Origin: Nitrosopumilus sp.
GTDB taxonomy: Archaea > Thermoproteota > Nitrososphaeria > Nitrososphaerales > Nitrosopumilaceae
Length of the DNA: 64,000 nt
Reading direction: 5' to 3'
NCBI GenBank assembly: GCA_965219345.1
Contig: OZ244732.1
Coordinates: 512,001-576,000 of the forward strand
A program made the position numbers and the translations under genes. The notes under the pieces are model-generated. The model searched no databases. It was not told the origin of the DNA and was given only the letters and a program-made list of their open reading frames with translations. Of this stretch, positions 58,681 through 64,000 are shown in pieces; position 1 is the stretch's first letter, and every line of letters begins with the position of its first letter.

Positions 58681-59754
58681 CTAAGGATCAACAACTGTAA
58701 TTTCTACAGTATCAGTATCAGTTTTCCCTTTAGGATCTGTTACTGTTAATTCAAAGACTGCTGTTCCTGTCGCAGAAGGTGTATAATCTGGTGTATCTGT
58801 GTTTGGCGCAACAAAGGTTCCTGCAGGACCGCTTAATTGAGTCCATGAAAATGTCAGGATATCTTCGTCAGGATCACTGCTTAAAGAACCATGTAGGCTG
58901 ATTAGAGTATTATTAGTTGTCGTGTCATCATCTCCTGCATCTGCTACTGGCGCTTCATTTCCACTTCCAACTATACCAGATGAAAAAAACGCTATGACAA
59001 ACATTGTGAAACTTGTAGTGACTGTTTGATTACCATAACTAGCTAAAATATCCACATTATATTCTCCTGGAATTGTTGGATATGGAACGTAATGTTCACC
59101 ATCCCAATTTCCATTTTCTGTTATTCCCTTGAATGTTGCAATAGTTTCATCACCTAATGAAATAATGGTAGTAATATCAACACCATCTAATCTTCCCTCA
59201 AACTCATGAGATTTTGGTTCTGCGTTTATTCTTCCATCAAAGGTTTGCACATCAAAATTAAAATCGTCATTCCAATACGTTCTAGAATCATGTGTTGATG
59301 TAATCTTTAATTCAGGTACGTATTGTTCCTGTTTTGCTGGTTTCGTTTCAGCTACTTGATCCTCAGGGAATTGAATAGTTGTATGAACTGAAAACTTGGT
59401 AAATCCCTGCTCGGTTGTAAAATATAGGTTAATGTCATAGTTTTCAATATTCATGTTTTTGTGACCATACATTATGATTCCCTCAGGTATGCTAGAAATT
59501 CTGAAATGATCACCTCCAATTTTTAATTCTGGTTCTGAAAGGACAGCCTCATCTCCATAAAATGATAGATAGATGCTCTCAAGTTGTGGATTGTTATGGT
59601 TAAGTGACGTTGGTTTGATCTCATCCTGACCAAACTTTATGTCAAGGGTAATTTCTCCACTTCTCGCATTTAATTCTGTATTCTCAAAGGAAGTGGCAAA
59701 AGATGGAGTAATTCCAGTCATTAGAGCAAAGATAATTAAAATTAAAAATTTCAT
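58681..59754 (-). CDS. secreted protein with C-terminal PKD/REJ-like Ig domain
   Basis: Signal peptide; NEAPVADAG, SSDPD, FSWTQLSGP, FELTVTD. Confidence 0.82.
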   Translation of the reverse strand: MKFLILIIFALMTGITPSFATSFENTELNARSGEITLDIKFGQDEIKPTSLNHNNPQLESIYLSFYGDEAVLSEPELKIGGDHFRISSIPEGIIMYGHKNMNIENYDINLYFTTEQGFTKFSVHTTIQFPEDQVAETKPAKQEQYVPELKITSTHDSRTYWNDDFNFDVQTFDGRINAEPKSHEFEGRLDGVDITTIISLGDETIATFKGITENGNWDGEHYVPYPTIPGEYNVDILASYGNQTVTTSFTMFVIAFFSSGIVGSGNEAPVADAGDDDTTTNNTLISLHGSLSSDPDEDILTFSWTQLSGPAGTFVAPNTDTPDYTPSATGTAVFELTVTDPKGKTDTDTVEITVVDP

Positions 59755-59816
59755 AGTATGTGGTTCATCTCATCATATTTAGACTGATCAAGTAAATCCA
59801 TAGTAAATCCTAAAAA

Positions 59817-60350
59817 TTAGAACCCAGACATTTCAAGGCCTTCTTGGGCTAATTCTATCATATAAAACTCAAGATATCCTCCTGCCAAAAGAAGACCCAC
59901 TACAATTCCAATCTCTATAACTGTTGGTTTGATAAATGAAGTAAAACTGATCTTTTTGATTACTGCTTGAATTAATATGAAACTTCTAGAGATGCCCAAA
60001 GAATATGCAAAAACTTCCATCAGCCCAAATGGTGATAAGAAGAGTATTGAGAGTGGGTGAATATCTGCTATTTCAGGAACTGTAGAAGCTATTGCGGCAA
60101 AAGCAAATCCTGTGGACCAAGCAGAGAAAAGCCCCCAAGCAACCCCAAACCCAGGAATAAACATCGGTAGTGCAATGGTTGTGTTGTGTGTAAAAATTCC
60201 AAACGCATCAATATCTAAAACAAGGTCTTCAAATTCAGCCATGAAGGCTTCAGCTTCTTCTTCACTTACAGAAGACATTGAGCCTATTTGATAAGTGGCT
60301 GCAAAAATTCCTAGAAACACGAAAAATGTGATTGTTCTGATTTTATTCAC
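59817..60350 (-). CDS. stage II sporulation protein M (DUF95)-like membrane protein
   Basis: IFTHN, P.GLME..AY, LL.GG.LE motifs. Confidence 0.8.
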   Translation of the reverse strand: MNKIRTITFFVFLGIFAATYQIGSMSSVSEEEAEAFMAEFEDLVLDIDAFGIFTHNTTIALPMFIPGFGVAWGLFSAWSTGFAFAAIASTVPEIADIHPLSILFLSPFGLMEVFAYSLGISRSFILIQAVIKKISFTSFIKPTVIEIGIVVGLLLAGGYLEFYMIELAQEGLEMSGF

Positions 60351-60413
60351 ACTGCCTTCTCATTTGAACAATATTTGAGGGTTCGGTGCTAGGCGCAGAT
60401 TTAATTAAACCAG

Positions 60414-61874
60414 ATGATATTTTTTGATATGAAAAAGGAGCTTACCTTTGCATTAAACTATGCATTAAACAAAGGATTCCAGATCCATCCAGATGCTTTT
60501 AAAATCTTAGAAAATTTAGATGTTCAAAAATTAGAGAAGATCATAAAAGAAGTTGTTAGAGAGAAGACCAAACAAAAATTATTTCAGATTAATCAAGATG
60601 ATTTAGAGACATATCTTGGGATTAAAGAGGACCCAGCACTACAAAGTGAAATTAAGGTATTATTTGATCCTACCACCAAGATAACAACAGGAGAGGGGGT
60701 TAAAGGGTATAATGCCTTGTTTTCCAGTCGTTTTAACAAACTCAAAAAAATAATTTCAGACAGACCAGAATCAAAAAAACTCAAATCCATAGCTATTGTA
60801 AAAACTGCAAAATTAGAAGATGATATGTATGTGTGCGGTCTTGTCACTACAAGAAATTCCGAGAGAAATATTACAAAGTTGGTTTTAGAGGATCCATCAG
60901 GCTCGTTTGAGGGTATTGTTTTTGACAGTGAATTACAAAAGATTGCAGGCACACTTCTGACTGACCAATTCGTTATGGCAAGGATAAGCCTAGGAAAGAA
61001 TTTCGGATTTATAATAAAAGATCTTATTCAGCCTGACATTCCAGATCAACCCATCAACAAGTCAGAGACCGAAACATATGCTGTCTTTCTTTCAGATCTG
61101 CATATTGGAAGCAAGTATTTCATGGAAGAAGAATTCAGTGAATTTGTTTCGTGGTTATTAAGTCCTGACCCAGTTGCAAGGAAAATTCGTTTTGTCTTAA
61201 TTGGTGGAGATGTAGTAGACGGGGTTGGGATTTATCCAAATCAGGATAAAGAGTTAGTTTGTCAAACCATCGAAGAGCAACTCAAAAAGGTCAAGGATTT
61301 GATCAGTAAGATCCCAAAAAATGTGAAGGTCATAATAATGCCTGGAAACCATGATCCTGGAAGAAGAGCTTTACCACAACCGGCTATACCAAAAAAATAT
61401 AATTCAGGTTTGTGGGAAATGGAAAATGTAGTTATGGTTGGAAACCCAGCCGTTGTTTCATTGAACGGAGTAAAGGTAATGATGTTTCATGGGCAAAGTA
61501 TTGACGATATTGTAAAGACCACACCTGGTCTTAGTTATAACAAACCAACAAACGTGATGAAGCATCTTCTTAGGGCAAGGCATCTAAGTCCAATTTATGG
61601 TAGTCAGACACCCATAGCACCCGAGATGGAGGATCTTTTAGTAATTGAGAATGTTCCAGATATCTTCCATGTAGGTCATGTTCACAGGGCAGAATTGGAT
61701 ATGTATAAGGGAATTTTACTGGTAAATTCTGGTTCATGGCAAACTCAGACACCTTTTCAGGCTAGTGTTGGAATGACCCCAAACCCAGGAATTGCAATTG
61801 TGGTAAATTTAAAAACTTTTCAAGTCTTTCATCAAAATTATAATTCAAATTCAGAGAATATCCTTCAAAGTTAG
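60414..61874 (+). CDS. polB: DNA polymerase D small (exonuclease) subunit DP1
   Basis: OB fold, SDLHIGS, GDVVDGVGIYP.Q, PGNHD, HG.S, RHLSP.YG, GHVH, NSGSWQ.QT. Confidence 0.96.
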   Translation: MIFFDMKKELTFALNYALNKGFQIHPDAFKILENLDVQKLEKIIKEVVREKTKQKLFQINQDDLETYLGIKEDPALQSEIKVLFDPTTKITTGEGVKGYNALFSSRFNKLKKIISDRPESKKLKSIAIVKTAKLEDDMYVCGLVTTRNSERNITKLVLEDPSGSFEGIVFDSELQKIAGTLLTDQFVMARISLGKNFGFIIKDLIQPDIPDQPINKSETETYAVFLSDLHIGSKYFMEEEFSEFVSWLLSPDPVARKIRFVLIGGDVVDGVGIYPNQDKELVCQTIEEQLKKVKDLISKIPKNVKVIIMPGNHDPGRRALPQPAIPKKYNSGLWEMENVVMVGNPAVVSLNGVKVMMFHGQSIDDIVKTTPGLSYNKPTNVMKHLLRARHLSPIYGSQTPIAPEMEDLLVIENVPDIFHVGHVHRAELDMYKGILLVNSGSWQTQTPFQASVGMTPNPGIAIVVNLKTFQVFHQNYNSNSENILQS

Positions 61875-63053
61875 TTCATCTTTGAAGGCCTTTTTTACCA
61901 TTTCAGTTGAGATCTCAAGTTTGTATTTTTTTGTCCTACCATGAATTCCTTGATGAACTAATCTTCCAGTGATAATTCCAGATAATTCAATCTCACTTAG
62001 CATTTGAGTAATCCTCCTGTTTGTAAGCTCATCACGCCCAACTGCCTTACAGAGGTTTTTGTATGACGAGTAAATCTCGCCAGTGGACGAACCGTTTGCC
62101 TTCATAATTGCAAGAATAATCAGTTTTTCGTGAAGTGGAAATGCTTCCAGAGATGTTTCCTCTTTATTTTCTTCAATTTTTTGTTTGGCTTGCTCAACAT
62201 TTTTTGTTGTAACTTTGTCTGATTGTTGTCGTTCGGCAATCTCTCCTGCAACACGAAGTAAATCTATTGCCCTACGGGCATCACCATGTTCTCCTCCTGC
62301 TAGTGCTGCACATAGATTTAGGGCTGATTCCTCAACAGAATTCTCTACAAAGGCTTCACTGATTCTTTCTTCAAGAATTTTTTTAATTTGTTCAACATTA
62401 TAGTTTGTAAAGACAATCTCCTCCTCGCCTAGGCTGCTAATTACTCTAGGGTCTAGTTTTTCTTTGAATGTTAGATCGTTTGAAATTCCCACCAAAGTTA
62501 GGGAGCTTTGTTTCAGTCTCTCATTTGCTCTAGTAAGTTGGTATAGAATATCCTTGCCTGTTTTTGCCACTAGTTGGGCAAGATAATCAATCTCATCAAT
62601 TACAAGAATTGTGTTAAGTTTTCCTTCATCAATCTTATGGAGGAGTCTTTTGAAAACCTCGCTTATTGCCAAACCGGTTGTGGGTAATTCCTTCTCATTT
62701 AGGCCTAATTGCCTACCTAGGCTGACTAGTAATCCGTAAAGTGTTGTTTCCTCTTTCGAGTTAGAATAAACCACTTTAATTGGAAATTTGGATTGCCTAA
62801 CCCTTTCTTGTATTTTAGAGATTACTTTTTTGACAACTAGTGTTTTACCAGTTCCGGGTTTTCCATATACCAAAAGGTTGGATGGTTTGGATTGTTTTAG
62901 TATGGGTAATAGTGATTGAGTAACTTGCTCCTGTTCAGAATCTCTATGTAGAATAATATTTGGTATATATGTAAAGTGTAGAATATCCCTGTTTTTTATG
63001 ATAGATTTTCCGGATTCTGCTGCATCAAGCAGCCTGTCTATTGGGTCGGTCAT
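61851..63053 (-). CDS. cdc6: Orc1/Cdc6 replication initiator
   Basis: HRD, YGKPGTGKT, IDEID, LDPRV.SSL, GDARRAIDLLR, C-terminal winged helix. Confidence 0.97.
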   Translation of the reverse strand: MTDPIDRLLDAAESGKSIIKNRDILHFTYIPNIILHRDSEQEQVTQSLLPILKQSKPSNLLVYGKPGTGKTLVVKKVISKIQERVRQSKFPIKVVYSNSKEETTLYGLLVSLGRQLGLNEKELPTTGLAISEVFKRLLHKIDEGKLNTILVIDEIDYLAQLVAKTGKDILYQLTRANERLKQSSLTLVGISNDLTFKEKLDPRVISSLGEEEIVFTNYNVEQIKKILEERISEAFVENSVEESALNLCAALAGGEHGDARRAIDLLRVAGEIAERQQSDKVTTKNVEQAKQKIEENKEETSLEAFPLHEKLIILAIMKANGSSTGEIYSSYKNLCKAVGRDELTNRRITQMLSEIELSGIITGRLVHQGIHGRTKKYKLEISTEMVKKAFKDELTLKDIL

Positions 63054-63543
63054 ACTCACACACCTTTGTTTCCTATCAATAATATCATAACCATATCTAA
63101 ATTAAGAGAGTATAGGACATAATAGTAACTCTAGCTTAGTTTGTCATTAATTATTTTTAGTTAGTTTTTGATTTTTCAAAAAAAAAAAATAAAAAAAGAT
63201 AGACTGGAAAGATTGGTGTGTGGGTTGGACTTGGGGTTGTCCTTGAGTTAACATAGTGTTAATTACCTGTTAAGAAATTAACCAAAAAACCCATTTTGAC
63301 CCTATTATTACCATTCCAGGCGTTAAGATAGATGTTAACATTGTGAATATGTTAGAATAGACCCCCTTATTTCCACTCTAGGCATAAAAACTACATAATT
63401 AAGGGGTGGTTGTTTAAGGTATGTTGTTAATAACACAAATTTATCTAGGCGTGGCTTAGGCAGTCAATGTTAACAAACCACCTAGTTAACAAATATTCTT
63501 GGATCATTTGAACTGTTAACACCTGATCCTGTAGATCTTAAAG
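63054..63543. other. putative chromosomal replication origin (oriC)
   Basis: About 490-bp noncoding region upstream of cdc6 with ORB-like boxes (63361-63380 minus TAGAGTGGAAATAAGGGGGT; 63200-63224 plus; 63057-63077 minus) and an A/T-run unwinding tract at about 63145-63197. Confidence 0.85.
63361..63380 (-). promoter_or_regulatory. origin recognition box (ORB)
   Basis: AGTGGAAATAAGGGGG matches the archaeal ORB consensus CAGTGGAAAC-AAAGGGG. Confidence 0.8.
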
Positions 63544-63930
63544 ATGGCTAAAAAACGTATTCGAATAGATATGGAGGACACTAATGGTGCACGCTATGAC
63601 ATCAAAATAGAGGGCAACGTCACCAGGGACAAAGTTCTCAAAATATTTGAAATGATGGACTTGATGAATATTGAGGAAGAACAAGAAGCGACCAATATGG
63701 ATTCGGTAGGCTTAAAAATATGGCATATTGTGGACAAGTTCTTCCCTATGGGTAAATTCACCTCCACAAATATTCTTGAAAAATATGAAGACGAATTCAA
63801 CGAACCGGTAAAACTCAGTGTAATATCCACCTACCTGTCACGATTTTCTTCAAAAGGTAGAATTGGTAGAGTTAGAACAGGCCGTGAATGGACCTATCAA
63901 ACCATCAAGATTAGTCAAAAACAACAATAA
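63544..63930 (+). CDS. origin-adjacent protein with a C-terminal winged-helix domain
   Basis: FTSTNILEKY...LSVISTYLSRF..KG.I.R...GREWTY; divergent from cdc6. Confidence 0.75.
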   Translation: MAKKRIRIDMEDTNGARYDIKIEGNVTRDKVLKIFEMMDLMNIEEEQEATNMDSVGLKIWHIVDKFFPMGKFTSTNILEKYEDEFNEPVKLSVISTYLSRFSSKGRIGRVRTGREWTYQTIKISQKQQ

Positions 63931-64000
63931 CTAGTCAAGAAATGGTGATTTTTCTTATAATTAACCGGTCATTTCCAAGAATTAACTTAACATACTCGCC

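Noticed and set aside
61851-61874. Overlap between the DP1 and cdc6 3' ends as a special feature
   Set aside because: Short convergent overlaps recur throughout this compact genome (e.g. cysQ/cysC, cbiF/racemase)
63245-63520. CRISPR array interpretation of the origin repeats
   Set aside because: The repeats are only 6-8 bp and irregularly spaced, and no cas genes are present
2076-63830. Many 60-160 aa ORFs in the track lying antisense to or nested in clear genes (e.g. 2076-2384, 6349-6693, 32995-33324, 46334-46810, 49871-50260, 60593-60952)
   Set aside because: They are shadow frames of well-supported genes, with Ser/Phe/Ile-rich composition and no motifs

Overview
AT-rich archaeal chromosome segment that looks like a Nitrosopumilaceae (marine ammonia-oxidising Thaumarchaeota) genome, judged from the gene set: ESCRT-III/CdvB paralogues, a CFI-box C-terminal domain, PolD DP1, cobalamin genes and TFB. 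It is mostly core genome: translation (aIF2 alpha/gamma, S6e, Nop10, GlyRS, RqcH, tRNA-Gly), replication and repair (PriS/PriL, Nfo, Nth, DP1, Cdc6 with an adjacent ORB-containing origin), cobalamin synthesis, sulfate activation, preQ0/archaeosine synthesis, archaeal mevalonate dehydratase, and Hsp20/Cdc48. No transposase, integrase or CRISPR array is seen. The best signals that the ORF track does not explain are: two GC-rich structured intergenic RNA candidates (30911-30982; 42126-42259, the latter with a possible pseudoknot); a GTTAAC repeat array in the origin next to an uncharacterised winged-helix gene; a degenerate duplicate of the glyS 3' end (a likely integration scar); a glutamate-racemase homologue with both catalytic Cys replaced by Ser; an EMC6-like membrane protein; a crcB remnant; two unannotated zinc-finger microproteins; a secreted-protein ORF with no canonical start codon; and a membrane-anchored HTH signalling cassette with a direct-repeat operator. 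All family calls come from motif recognition by eye, not from database searches.
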